Shown here: positions 40,493 through 50,580 of the stretch, piece after piece | Layout of the letters: the number at the start of each line of letters is the position of its first letter | How positions within the stretch are numbered: the stretch's first letter is position 1 | NCBI GenBank assembly: GCA_965223905.1 | Contig: CBDCXV010000011.1 | Coordinates: 256,001-320,000 of the forward strand | DNA from: Candidatus Latescibacterota bacterium | GTDB taxonomy: Bacteria; Latescibacterota; UBA2968; UBA8231 | Direction: 5' to 3' | Length of the DNA: 64,000 bases | Notes under the pieces: generated by a model | What the model saw: the letters and a program-made list of their open reading frames with translations, nothing else | Told to the model about the DNA's origin: nothing | The model's database searches: none | Translations under genes and position numbers: made by a program

Positions 40493-40527
40493 AAAAGACC
40501 CCGAAGGGATCGCCCCTCGGGGTCTTT
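40493..40527 (-). terminator. Intrinsic terminator after tRNA-Asn
   Basis: AAAGACCCCGAGGGG..CCCTTCGGGGTCTTTT hairpin. Confidence 0.7.
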
Positions 40528-40556
40528 CGATGATTGCCGCCGGAATCGGCGAAAGA

Positions 40557-40632
40557 TGGCTCCGGCGGTAGGATTCGAACCTACGACCAATCGGTTAACA
40601 GCCGACCGCTCTGCCAGCTGAGCTACGCCGGA
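40557..40632 (-). tRNA. tRNA-Asn (GTT)
   Basis: TCCGGCGTAGCTCAGCTGGCAGAGCGGTCGGCTGTTAACCGATTGGTCGTAGGTTCGAATCCTACCGCCGGAGCCA, 76 nt, encoded CCA. Confidence 0.97.
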
Positions 40633-40657
40633 ATTCCTGCTCACGTTTTGACAGTTG

Positions 40658-40686
40658 AACGTAGCCCCCACCAAGGCCACTGTCAA
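40658..40686 (-). promoter_or_regulatory. Sigma-70 promoter of tRNA-Asn
   Basis: TTGACA-17 nt-TACGTT. Confidence 0.6.
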
Positions 40687-40712
40687 TTCGGCAGATTACT
40701 ATTCAGTCCCGT

Positions 40713-41564
40713 TCAATCTTCCCCGTAGTACTCCTTCAACACCTCGCTGCGGTTGGGGTGCCGCAGCTTCTGCAGAGCCTTCTCCTTTATCTGGCGAACC
40801 CGCTCCCGCGTGCGCCCGACATGTCTTCCGATCTCTTCCAGGGTCATCGGTTGCTGTCCATCGAGCCCGTAGTACATCCGCAACACGCGCGCCTCCCCAT
40901 CCGTCAGCGTTTCCATGGCGCTACGGATCTCGTCTTTCAACTTCCCTTCCGACAGGACTTCGTCGCAGGCCGGAAGGGTTTCGTCCGGAAGCAGATCACC
41001 CAGACAGCGATCCGCTTCGCCATCATCGCATGGGGTCTCCAGCGACACCGGGCGTTGCGCCATCCGCAGCAGCAGATCCATGCCGTCTGGATTGACATCG
41101 AGCTCCGCGGCGATCTCGTCGCTTTCCGGAGGACGTCCGAGCCGTTGCTCCAGCTTTGTCAGCACTTTGTTGACGCGGGTCAACTCCCCGATCCGGTTCA
41201 GCGGCAGCCGCACGATGCGCGACTGCTCAGCCAGCGCCTGCAGGATCGACTGTCTGATCCACCAGACAGCGTACGAGATGAACTTGAACCCCTTCGAACC
41301 GTCGAAGCGCCTGGCAGCCACCATCAGCCCCAGGTTGCCTTCGTTGATCAGGTCCGAAAGCGGCAATCCGAGATTCTGGTACTGCTTTGCGACACTGACC
41401 ACAAAGCGCAGATTCGCCTGCACCAAAAGGGTGAGCGCTCCTTCGTCTCCCTCTTTTATTCGTTTCGCAATCTCGATTTCGTCCTTCGCCGATAGTCCGA
41501 CCGAGTCCTCGATCTCGTGGAAATACTGATCGACCAATGTGTCGGTCTGTAGCGTGGAATTCAT
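40713..41564 (-). CDS. RNA polymerase sigma-70 factor, short RpoD/RpoS-like (second paralog)
   Basis: LVQANLRFVVSVAKQY, DLINEGNLGL, KGFKFISYAVWWIRQ, TRERVRQIKEKAL. Confidence 0.95.
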   Translation of the reverse strand: MNSTLQTDTLVDQYFHEIEDSVGLSAKDEIEIAKRIKEGDEGALTLLVQANLRFVVSVAKQYQNLGLPLSDLINEGNLGLMVAARRFDGSKGFKFISYAVWWIRQSILQALAEQSRIVRLPLNRIGELTRVNKVLTKLEQRLGRPPESDEIAAELDVNPDGMDLLLRMAQRPVSLETPCDDGEADRCLGDLLPDETLPACDEVLSEGKLKDEIRSAMETLTDGEARVLRMYYGLDGQQPMTLEEIGRHVGRTRERVRQIKEKALQKLRHPNRSEVLKEYYGED

Positions 41565-42467
41565 GGGACACGCCCCTTCTCTCACAAGTGTCGAAATCGC
41601 GCTAAGTTCGCCCTGCCGCCTTGTAGGCAACCGATCGTTTCGTTAGGCGAACTCTCCGCACTTGCACCGCCGCTGCAACCCGGCGGTCGCTGTGCTGTTC
41701 GATCTACTCGAGGGAGGGGATCGAACACAGGGGAACCTGACGGCTGTCTCGCGGACGGTTCGTCAAGCGTGGGGAAAGGCGAAACAACTTCTTCGCGCGG
41801 GGAAGCGCGAAAGGGAGTCGGAACTACAACACCAAGGGGAGTGTTAAAACTACGACAAGGAGTTAAGACCGATCAACCCAAAAAGGCTAATTGCTGTATA
41901 GAGAGAAAAACCGGGGAGCTATTGTCACCATTGCGATGTGGGTTCTGGTCGTCGTCGGGAGATCGCGAGCGCAGAAGCCGTATCGCCAAGGGAGATCGCG
42001 TTGCGCAAGACAAAATTCCGCCAAAATATAGGATAAGCGTCAGATTTTACAACACTTTTTTATCCGGTTTGTTCCCGCCTGTTTCGCCTGCCGGGTCCGT
42101 CACCCGCGGCAGGAACCGCTCCGGCTTCCTGCCTTACCGTTCTGCGGGGGAGTTTCACATGGACCGCATCGAAAAACAAGGGTGTTCTTCCACTGTGAAA
42201 GGATGCCTCCATCAGGGGTCCGGCTAGCCATGTGCGCTGCATTCTCACTCGCAGATCCGGGTGGCGCTGGATGGATTCCCTTCCAGGCAGCCACCGGCAT
42301 TTTACATATTGGAAACGAACTGCCAGCGTGGTCCCGTTCAATCAAATGACTGCTTCGAGTTGTACAGGAAATAGGTCCGCCGGTTCATTCTGTTCGATTG
42401 CAAAAACTCCCACTATATTCTGCTCTCCTTGGCGAACGCAGGAAAATCCTTTATCGGAGAAGGCTAC

Positions 42468-43244
42468 TTGAGTAGTGTCGAAGGTTGTCCATTCCGTCTC
42501 GATGGCAAGCGCGCCGTAATTACGGGAGGAGGTCGGGGTATCGGCCGCGCCACGGCGATTGCCCTGGCCCGCTGTGGCGCTGATGTAACCGTGGTCAGCC
42601 GCACACGCGAGCAGCTGGAAGCTACTATATCCGAGGTTCACGAGTTCGGAGGAACTGGGGCCGCTCTCGTCGGCGACATCGGCGATCCGGAAAGTGTCGA
42701 CGCCCTCGTCAGGGAACTAGGCAGGAAAGGTGTGTTACCTGACATTCTGGTGAACAACGCCGGGATCAGCCCTGTCGTCAAACGGACACAGGAAATCGAG
42801 CGCGAAGAGTTTGCGCATGTCCTGGGGATCAACCTGAACGGAACTTTTGATCTGCTGTGCAGGCTTGCCCCGGGGATGCTCGAGCGTGGGAGCGGGTCGA
42901 TCATCAACGTGACGTCGATTGCCTCCGAGCGGGCCCTGCCGTTGCTCGCTGCCTACAACGCCAGCAAGGCTGCGCTCGACGAGCTGACGCGAACGATGGC
43001 GGTCGAGTGGGCGCCTTCGGGAGTGCGCGTCAACTCCGTCGCTCCCGCGTACATCGAAACCGAGATGACGGCCGCTATCCGGGAGCGGGAGAAACTCAAG
43101 CGGGCCATTGTCCGGCGCACCCCGATCGGCCGCCTTGGCAAACCGGAGGAGGTGGCCTGGGCGATTGTATTTCTCGCCTCGGAGGAAGCCAGCTACATCA
43201 CCGGCCACACCTTGTTCGTCGACGGCGGCTGGACCTGCCTTTGA
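42468..43244 (+). CDS. Short-chain dehydrogenase/reductase
   Basis: TGGGRGIG, NNAG, YNASK, VDGG. Confidence 0.93.
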   Translation: MSSVEGCPFRLDGKRAVITGGGRGIGRATAIALARCGADVTVVSRTREQLEATISEVHEFGGTGAALVGDIGDPESVDALVRELGRKGVLPDILVNNAGISPVVKRTQEIEREEFAHVLGINLNGTFDLLCRLAPGMLERGSGSIINVTSIASERALPLLAAYNASKAALDELTRTMAVEWAPSGVRVNSVAPAYIETEMTAAIREREKLKRAIVRRTPIGRLGKPEEVAWAIVFLASEEASYITGHTLFVDGGWTCL

Positions 43245-43269
43245 CACTCCCCCCGACGAAGGCGACCGG

Positions 43270-44715
43270 CTACTCCTTCGAGTCGGCGATCGCCTGCAAG
43301 GCGAGCTGCTTGCAGCGGTCGATGTCGTAGTCGCGCAGGATCGTGATCTTCTGCGCTTCCAGCGATCCTTCGGCATGGATCGACAGTAGCTCGTTGTAGC
43401 CCCCAAAGTCGGAGGCGGTGAGATCCCGAACGAGGTTGAAAGCCCGCAGGCGGTCCTCTGTCGCTACCCCCCCGGCTCCGCCGAGGAAACGCTCGATGTA
43501 CTCACGGGTATCGGGATTCTCCAGATCCTTCTCTGACGGCCCCGTTACCACCAACCCTCCGGCGATGTCCTGCACCCAGCAGACCGCCTGGTGGTAATTG
43601 CTGGCAAAGTAATACTTGGCAAGGTTGGTCAGGATGATATTCGGCACAGCCAGGCCGTGATCGGTTATTCGGCAATCGAAGGCCGCGGCGCGACCGAGCC
43701 CTCGCACGGTTTCCGTCCAGGCGATCAGCTTCGTCAGCTTATCACGTACGTGGCTGGGTTTTTCGATGCCGTTGTACTCCGCCAGGAGGGCCGAGGCTCC
43801 GATGAACAAGTCGCAAAGGGGTGGCTTGTATGACACCGCGGTGAACCGGTGGAACTCGACGAAAGTGTTGGCCAGGAAACCGGCGGCTTGCCACTCTCCT
43901 TTGAGAAAAACGTTCTCGTTGGGAATGAAGACATCGTCGAAGACGGTCAGGGTGTCGACGAGCCGGTGCCGTGAGCTGACCGGGTGGTGAAATCGGCTCG
44001 GCTCGGGAGAGCCGAACGGACTGGCGATCAGTTTGACCCCCTCGGCGCCCACGGGGACCGCGAAGGCGACGGCGTACTCTGAGTCCCCCTCGCCGATGGC
44101 GCGCGTGGGGATGACGATGAGGAAGTCGACAAAGGGTGAATTGGTGGTGTGGGCCTTGGCTCCGCGTACGACAATGCCGTCGCTGCGCTCTTCGACGATG
44201 TGGACGTAGTAGTCGGGGTGTTCCTGCTGAGAAGGCAACAGGCTGCGGTCGCCCTTGGCATCGGTCTGGGCCACCGCCAGGGCGAGATCCTCGCGTCGGC
44301 ATTTGCGATGAAACGCCGCAACCCGTTCGCCGTAGTTCGTTCCCGCCTTGGAATCGACTACCCTGGAAACGAGATCGAGGGCGAAAAGAGCGTCGGTGCC
44401 GATCTCCTTGATCAGCAGCACCACGCTGCCGCCGAGACGGGTCGAGCGCTCGATCATCTCCCTGCGGTTGAGCAGATCCTCGGTACATGCCGGCTTCTTG
44501 AAATAGCGGCTGCTCAGCTCCCCATCCTCGTCTTCGTACACAAAGAGATCGCGATGGTCGGGATCTTCGGCGAGCCTGTAGTCGAGCGCCACGTGCTCGC
44601 AGCAGATCCCGAGGTCGGGGTGGGTCGTCACGTCATCGACCCGCTCCCCTTTCGAGTAGACCGCTCTCCCGTCCCGAAGGCCGGCCTTGAATTCCTCTTC
44701 CGTGCGCAGTCCCAT
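43270..44715 (-). CDS. 4-hydroxybutyryl-CoA dehydratase / 4-hydroxyphenylacetate 3-hydroxylase family flavoprotein
   Basis: AQTDAKGDRS, DGIVVRGAKAHTT, FDDVFIP, HVRDKL, QDIAGG, HAEGSLEAQK. Confidence 0.88.
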   Translation of the reverse strand: MGLRTEEEFKAGLRDGRAVYSKGERVDDVTTHPDLGICCEHVALDYRLAEDPDHRDLFVYEDEDGELSSRYFKKPACTEDLLNRREMIERSTRLGGSVVLLIKEIGTDALFALDLVSRVVDSKAGTNYGERVAAFHRKCRREDLALAVAQTDAKGDRSLLPSQQEHPDYYVHIVEERSDGIVVRGAKAHTTNSPFVDFLIVIPTRAIGEGDSEYAVAFAVPVGAEGVKLIASPFGSPEPSRFHHPVSSRHRLVDTLTVFDDVFIPNENVFLKGEWQAAGFLANTFVEFHRFTAVSYKPPLCDLFIGASALLAEYNGIEKPSHVRDKLTKLIAWTETVRGLGRAAAFDCRITDHGLAVPNIILTNLAKYYFASNYHQAVCWVQDIAGGLVVTGPSEKDLENPDTREYIERFLGGAGGVATEDRLRAFNLVRDLTASDFGGYNELLSIHAEGSLEAQKITILRDYDIDRCKQLALQAIADSKE

Positions 44716-44779
44716 CGCTCAGAAATCCTCCTTACCCGTTTCGCATATCGATTTCCACGATCCTTCGGCTCTTGGTTCA

Positions 44780-47092
44780 TCAGTTTCTCAATGGTTTGCC
44801 GGTCTCGAGCATGTGCCGCATGCGCTCCCTTGTTGCAGGCATGCCGCACAGCTCGAGAAAGGTCTCTCGTTCGAGGTCGAGAAAATCCTGCTCGCTCGCT
44901 CCTGTGGGGGTCAGACCGCGACCGCAGACTACTCTAGCAAGGCGCACACCTACCTTGTAGTCGTGGCTAGTGATTTTTTCCGAATCGCGCTCGGCGGCCA
45001 GGACCTGATGCAGGCGGTCCGCTTCCCGATCTCCTGCGGTTTCGATCGCCTGCCTGACGGGCGGCTGGTACCCGGAGGCAAAATCTGAGCCGAGACGGAG
45101 AGCTTCGCCGACAATTCCGCCGTCGTTCATGCGAACCCTGTCTTCGGCCTGGACGAGCCCCCATTGCCTGCCCTGGTGGGCATTGTCGCTGAAGCGCCCG
45201 GAGGAAATCGTGCGAAAGGCGCGATCGATGGGGCGGCCGGCGCTCCGACGCGCCATTTCCTTGCAGCCGCCGGCGCCCGGGATGAGGCCGACCGAGGTCT
45301 CGACCAGGCCGATGCGCAGCTCCGCCGCGACGACGCGTGCCGAGGCCGAGAGACAGAGCTCGCACCCGCCTCCCAGGGCGAGGCCGCGGGCTGCAGCAAT
45401 CACGGGAAAGGGGGCGAAACGCACCGCCATGCACGCCTTCTGGAAATCCGCTACATAGCGTTCCAGCTCGTCCCACCTGCGGGACTCTGCCAACTCCATG
45501 ATGTAGGAGAGGTCGGCTCCGGCAGAAAAATTGCCGCCGCCCCCGTACAGTACCAGGAAATCCAGCCCCGCCCCTGCAACAGTGCGCTCGACCAGGGTCA
45601 GCGACGGGGGCCCGATCACGTTCAGCTTTCCGGAGAAAACCAGGACACCCGCTCCTCCGAGCCGCACCAGGCGGGCGTTCTCCGCTGCATCTGAAATCTC
45701 TCCGGCTGCAAGCAGATCCGCATCGGTCGGGTCGGCAACCGGCGCCGGGCAATGCCTTTCTTCGGAGAGTGAGTACGCCTGCCTCCCGCTGTCGGTGCTT
45801 GTATAGAACGCCTTGGCAGAAGACCGCGATATCGCCTGCAGCAGCCCGGGTACGGAGCGGCCGCTCTTCCTGAGATGAGCTGCCAGTCTGTCGGTCCCGA
45901 TCAGGTCCGCGACCTCGAACGGCCCGGTCTCCCAGTTGAACCCCCACCTCATGGCGCGATCGATCCAGTCGACGCCTGCGGCCATTTCCGCGCCGTTTTG
46001 CACTGCATAGGAGACGACCTCGGCGAGATGGCCGCGGGCAAATTCCGCCAACTTTCCGCTGCTGTTCATCAACCCCTCGAGGCGGTCTCGTACCCCGCGA
46101 CGGGAGGCGACCTCCGCCAGTTCTCCCCCGGGATCCACCTGCCTTCGCGGCCGGTACTGCATGCTGCCGAGATCGAGGACTTCGATTTGCCCTGCTTCAT
46201 TCCTGCGGTAAAACCCACCCCCGGATTTTTCCCCTAGAAATCCCATAGCGATCATCGAAGTCAGAAATCCGGGTGCCGCGAAGGTTTCCCGCCCGGGGTC
46301 TTCGGGTAGGTTGTCGTAGGCCGTGGCGGCAACGTCCGCGAGCACGTCGAGCCCGATGATATCGCTGAGTCGCAGGGTGGCGCTGCGCGGCCTTCCGATC
46401 AGCATCCCGGTCGCTGTATCGACCTCCTCGGCGACCAGGTCCGACCGCTGCATGCGGTGGAGGGCATCCATGAGCGCGAAGACGCCGACCCGGTTGGCGA
46501 TGAAGTTGGGTGTATCGCGGCACTCGACCACTCCCTTGCCGAGCTCCCGTTCCAGGAAACGCGTCATCCGCCGCAGGACCTCCGTGTCGGTGTCCGCCGC
46601 GGGGACGACTTCGACGAGCTTCATGTAGCGAGGCGGATTGAAGAAGTGCACCCCCATGAACAGGCGCCGGAACTTTTCCGTGCGGCCCGTTGACATCCCG
46701 TTGACCGACAGACCGGAGGTGTTGGTGCTGATACACTGAATCACCGCGGAGCCGGCAACGGCGTCGTCGACGCGGGCGAGCAGCTCCCTCTTGGCGGCCA
46801 GGTCTTCGACAATCGCCTCGACGATCCAGTGAGTGGTACGCAGGGGCTGAAGGTCTTCGAGTGACCGGCAGCGGATGGACCTGGCGATCTCGCTGGAGAA
46901 AAACGCCGGCGGCCTGCTGTTCAGGGCGCTGGCCAACCCCTCCTCGGCCAGACGGGTGGGGTTGCCTTCAACCGGGAGGTCGTAGAGATCGACGCTGAGA
47001 CCTGCGTTGGCGAGAAACGCTGCAATCCGCGATCCCATCACCCCAGACCCAAGAACCGCCACCCTTGCGAACGGCTCGTTTTCCGACGCCAT
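44780..47092 (-). CDS. 3-hydroxyacyl-CoA dehydrogenase/enoyl-CoA hydratase (FadN-like)
   Basis: GSGVMG, VEAIVE, TNTSG, HFFNPPRYMKLVE, DTPNFIANR, FSAGADL, ALGGGCE, GLVETSVGLIP, ETGKPLRN. Confidence 0.92.
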   Translation of the reverse strand: MASENEPFARVAVLGSGVMGSRIAAFLANAGLSVDLYDLPVEGNPTRLAEEGLASALNSRPPAFFSSEIARSIRCRSLEDLQPLRTTHWIVEAIVEDLAAKRELLARVDDAVAGSAVIQCISTNTSGLSVNGMSTGRTEKFRRLFMGVHFFNPPRYMKLVEVVPAADTDTEVLRRMTRFLERELGKGVVECRDTPNFIANRVGVFALMDALHRMQRSDLVAEEVDTATGMLIGRPRSATLRLSDIIGLDVLADVAATAYDNLPEDPGRETFAAPGFLTSMIAMGFLGEKSGGGFYRRNEAGQIEVLDLGSMQYRPRRQVDPGGELAEVASRRGVRDRLEGLMNSSGKLAEFARGHLAEVVSYAVQNGAEMAAGVDWIDRAMRWGFNWETGPFEVADLIGTDRLAAHLRKSGRSVPGLLQAISRSSAKAFYTSTDSGRQAYSLSEERHCPAPVADPTDADLLAAGEISDAAENARLVRLGGAGVLVFSGKLNVIGPPSLTLVERTVAGAGLDFLVLYGGGGNFSAGADLSYIMELAESRRWDELERYVADFQKACMAVRFAPFPVIAAARGLALGGGCELCLSASARVVAAELRIGLVETSVGLIPGAGGCKEMARRSAGRPIDRAFRTISSGRFSDNAHQGRQWGLVQAEDRVRMNDGGIVGEALRLGSDFASGYQPPVRQAIETAGDREADRLHQVLAAERDSEKITSHDYKVGVRLARVVCGRGLTPTGASEQDFLDLERETFLELCGMPATRERMRHMLETGKPLRN

Positions 47093-47291
47093 TACCGCCT
47101 CGCCATAAGGTATCAATCTCATGTCAACCCTTTTTGGTCCGAACTCCAGGGAGGGGAACTGTCTCGAATTCAAGAAGACCGGGTCAGGTGCCGGGCCGTA
47201 TTCGACCGCACGCGTTTTCGGGCGGAACGGCGGATTGGCGCCAGAAAAGCCGGTTTGGGGAGCACGAAATCGGGCCCAGCCAACTGGGGAA

Positions 47292-47627
47292 CTACATCCT
47301 CATGGGTAGCCCGGCGGCCTGCAGGTCCCCTCTACCGAGCCGTTTCTGAAACCGCACGCGCACGGTCCAGATCGCCAACGAAGTGACCGCCGCTACGACC
47401 ACCACGAAATACAACCCTTTGCCGACAACCTGGACGAAGGAGCCGGTCGAGACAGTCGTCATCGCAACAACGAGAAGGATGGAGGTCATTATGGTGATGG
47501 TGAGCCATTTGAGCGCCCGTTGGCACATGACGATCAGGGCGGCACACGTCTCGGGATCGACAGCATTCCCTGGCCGTCTCCCCGAGAGAGGCTGAGGTTT
47601 TTCCGCCTTCTTTCTGTTTCTGGCCAT
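47292..47627 (-). CDS. Small membrane protein (2 TM)
   Basis: Two hydrophobic segments; co-oriented downstream of dxr. Confidence 0.6.
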   Translation of the reverse strand: MARNRKKAEKPQPLSGRRPGNAVDPETCAALIVMCQRALKWLTITIMTSILLVVAMTTVSTGSFVQVVGKGLYFVVVVAAVTSLAIWTVRVRFQKRLGRGDLQAAGLPMRM

Positions 47628-47644
47628 GGTTCAGGTGGTTTGCA

Positions 47645-48838
47645 TTATGTCCCGGTGGGAGTGCACTCATCCACGAGTGCGGAAGCGAGCCGTCTAGCTT
47701 CCCCGTCGGCTTCGAGCACGTCGCCGAGCGACACGACAGCCCCCCGCCCCGAACAGCCCACTGCCTGCTCGCAAACTTCGCGGTTGACCTCATATATGTC
47801 GAGAAAACCGATGCGCCCTTCGAGGAAGGCAGCCACGGCGATTTCGTCGGCGGCGTTGAGGGCGGCGGGTGCGCAGCCGCCCGTCCTCCCGGCTTCGCAA
47901 CAGAGCCGCAAACAGGGAAACCCGGTCCAGTCCGGTTCCTCGAAGTGCAAGGCCCCGACGGCGGCCAGGTCGAGGGGCTCGAGGACGGCCGGTTCCCGCG
48001 CCGGATGGGTCAAGGCGTACTGGATCGGCAGCTTCATGTCGGTCCTGCCGAGGTGGGCGAGCCATGACCCATCTGCAAACTCCACCATCGAGTGCACGAC
48101 CGATTCCCTGTGGACGAGGACGTCGATTTGATCGATCTCCACATCGAATAGCCACGAAGCTTCAATCACCTCGAAACCCTTGTTCATCAAAGTGGCCGAA
48201 TCGACGGTGATCTTGCTACCCATCTTCCAGGTGGGATGAGCCAGGGCCTGCTGCGGCGTTACCGACATCATCTGCTCCCGAGTCAGGCCGCGGAAGGGTC
48301 CACCCGATGCCGTCAGTATCACCCGCTTCAGGCTCTCCTTCGGTTCCCCGTGCAGGCACTGCCATATGGCGCTTGGCTCGCTGTCGATGGGGAGGATCTC
48401 TCCTCCGTGTGCCTTGGCCGCATCCAGGATGATCCCTCCGGCCATGACCAGCGGCTCCTTGTTGGCCATGGCCACCTTCTTGCCTGCGCTGACCGAGTCG
48501 AGAGTCGGCAGCAACCCCGCCGCACCCACCAACCCGTTTATGACGACCTCGACCTCGTCGATGGTGGCAATCTCCCTGAGGCCTGGGATCCCGGACAGCA
48601 CCGAGACCTCGGACGGCAGGCTCTCCCGCACCCGGGCTTCGTCCTTGCCGTCGGCGACGCTGACCCAGCGAGGCCGCCAGGCGCGGGCCCGCTCGATGAG
48701 CTTGTCTACCCGGCGCCCGGCACTCAGGGCGACGACGGGAAATCGATCCCGCCCCAGGCTTTCGATGACGTCGAAGGTCGAGTCCCCTATGGATCCTGTG
48801 CATCCGAGGATGGCTACCGCGGTGGAATCCGGGTTCAT
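47645..48838 (-). CDS. dxr: 1-deoxy-D-xylulose 5-phosphate reductoisomerase
   Basis: GCTGSIG, ANKE, PIDSE, LTASGGPF, HPTWKMGSKITVDSATLMNKGFE. Confidence 0.96.
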   Translation of the reverse strand: MNPDSTAVAILGCTGSIGDSTFDVIESLGRDRFPVVALSAGRRVDKLIERARAWRPRWVSVADGKDEARVRESLPSEVSVLSGIPGLREIATIDEVEVVINGLVGAAGLLPTLDSVSAGKKVAMANKEPLVMAGGIILDAAKAHGGEILPIDSEPSAIWQCLHGEPKESLKRVILTASGGPFRGLTREQMMSVTPQQALAHPTWKMGSKITVDSATLMNKGFEVIEASWLFDVEIDQIDVLVHRESVVHSMVEFADGSWLAHLGRTDMKLPIQYALTHPAREPAVLEPLDLAAVGALHFEEPDWTGFPCLRLCCEAGRTGGCAPAALNAADEIAVAAFLEGRIGFLDIYEVNREVCEQAVGCSGRGAVVSLGDVLEADGEARRLASALVDECTPTGT

Positions 48839-48894
48839 CGTGCGTTGCGGTCGTCCGTGCCGCTCTGGAAAGGACGCTCTCTCTTCCCGGACGC

Positions 48895-50580
48895 TCAGCT
48901 GGGAACGCCGCGCGGCCTTCGCTGCTGGGGGCGACGGTGGTTGCCGTGGCGGTTGTTGTTGCGCTGACCGCTCTTCGGCCGCTGGCGTCCGGTGAAACGA
49001 ACCGATCGGGTCTCTCGGACTACCATCACTTTCACCTCACCCGCGAAGGTAAGCTCGTTCTTGACGCGCTCGGCAATGTCGAAGGCCAGGATTTCCGCAT
49101 CGTCATCGCTTATGCGGTCACCGCGGACCATCACGCGTATCTCACGTCCGGCATTTATGGCATAAACGTCCTTCACCCCGTCGAACGAGTTGGCGATCTC
49201 TTCGAGCTTCATGATGCGGCGGGCATACCCCTCGAGATCTTCACGGCGTCCCCCGGGACGGCTCGACGAAATCGCGTCCGCCGCCTTCACCAGGAAGCAG
49301 ATCGGATTGAGGCGCTCGTGATCCTCGTGATGCTCGGCGATCACTTCCTTGACGACCGGGTGCTCCCCGTACCGTTCCGCCAGCTCCACCCCGAGGTCGA
49401 TGTGAGTGCCCTTCATGTCGTGGCTGACGGTCTTGCCGATGTCGTGCAACAGTCCAGCCCGTCGCGCCAACTTGACATCGACCCCGATGTCGCCTGCCAT
49501 CAGCCCAGCCAGATGCGCCACCTCGAGACAGTGCTGCAGCTGGTTCTGACCGTAGCTGCTGCGGTACTTCAGGCGACCTACCGTACGCGGCACTTCCGGA
49601 TGGTATTCGGCCGCCCCGATCTCTTTCAGCGCGCACTTGCCGGCCTCCACCATTTCCGACTCGAGTTCCTTCCTGGCCGCTTCTACAACTTCATCGATTC
49701 GGTTGGGCGTGAACCCCCCATCCTTTACCAGCCGCTCCATCGAGAGCGCGGCGACCTCCCTCTTGATGGGATCGAAGGAGGAAATCAGGACGGTATCGGG
49801 AGTATCGTCGACCACCACCTTGACACCCGTAGCGTTCTCGAAGGCCCTGACGTTGCGCCCCTCCTTGCCGATGATGCGGCTCTTGAGGCCCTCGTTGGGC
49901 AAGGCAACGGTCGACGTGGAAAAGTGTTCGGCCTCTTCCACTGCGCAACGCTGAATCGCCTGCGCAATGATTTTGCGGGCTTCGCGGTCGGACTCCTCTC
50001 GCGCCTTGGCGCGCTCGGCACGTATCATCGCCGCCGCACTGCCCTTCACTTCAGCGGACAGGTTCTCCAGCAGCTGTTCCTTGGCCTCTTCTGCCGTAAA
50101 GTTGGCGACCATCTCCAGCCGCTGCCGGTACTGATCGCGATTCTGGTTCAGTTCGGCCGCGGCCTCGCTCACCGACTTGTCGCGGGCTGCGACTTTGCGC
50201 TCGTCTACCTTCAAACGCGCCCATTCCTTGCGCAAATCCTCGCGTTTGCTGGTGATTTCGCGATCCTTTGCAGCAACCGCGTTCTCCCGCTTTCCGATTC
50301 CGAGGAGCTGGTTTTCCAGATCCTTTTCCTGCTCCGCCCTGGCCTTGTACCAGTTATCCTTCTCCTCCAGGATACTGATTCTTTGCGACCGCTCTTCCTC
50401 GGCGAGCCGGCGTGCTACGCGTTTCTCGGCTTCTTCCTCCATGCGCGCCTGGCTGCTTTTTTTCAAGAAATGGAAAACCGAAAAACCGATCCCTATTCCC
50501 AACAGCAGGAGACCGGCACAGAAGAGCACCGCAAGCCAGACATCCACACTCGGGATGAAAGACTGCGTCGAATCTACCAT
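48895..50580 (-). CDS. rny: Ribonuclease Y
   Basis: N-terminal TM, coiled coil, KH RIIGKEGRNVRAFE, HD LLHDIGK, ADAISSSRPG, AGREIRV. Confidence 0.95.
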   Translation of the reverse strand: MVDSTQSFIPSVDVWLAVLFCAGLLLLGIGIGFSVFHFLKKSSQARMEEEAEKRVARRLAEEERSQRISILEEKDNWYKARAEQEKDLENQLLGIGKRENAVAAKDREITSKREDLRKEWARLKVDERKVAARDKSVSEAAAELNQNRDQYRQRLEMVANFTAEEAKEQLLENLSAEVKGSAAAMIRAERAKAREESDREARKIIAQAIQRCAVEEAEHFSTSTVALPNEGLKSRIIGKEGRNVRAFENATGVKVVVDDTPDTVLISSFDPIKREVAALSMERLVKDGGFTPNRIDEVVEAARKELESEMVEAGKCALKEIGAAEYHPEVPRTVGRLKYRSSYGQNQLQHCLEVAHLAGLMAGDIGVDVKLARRAGLLHDIGKTVSHDMKGTHIDLGVELAERYGEHPVVKEVIAEHHEDHERLNPICFLVKAADAISSSRPGGRREDLEGYARRIMKLEEIANSFDGVKDVYAINAGREIRVMVRGDRISDDDAEILAFDIAERVKNELTFAGEVKVMVVRETRSVRFTGRQRPKSGQRNNNRHGNHRRPQQRRPRGVPS

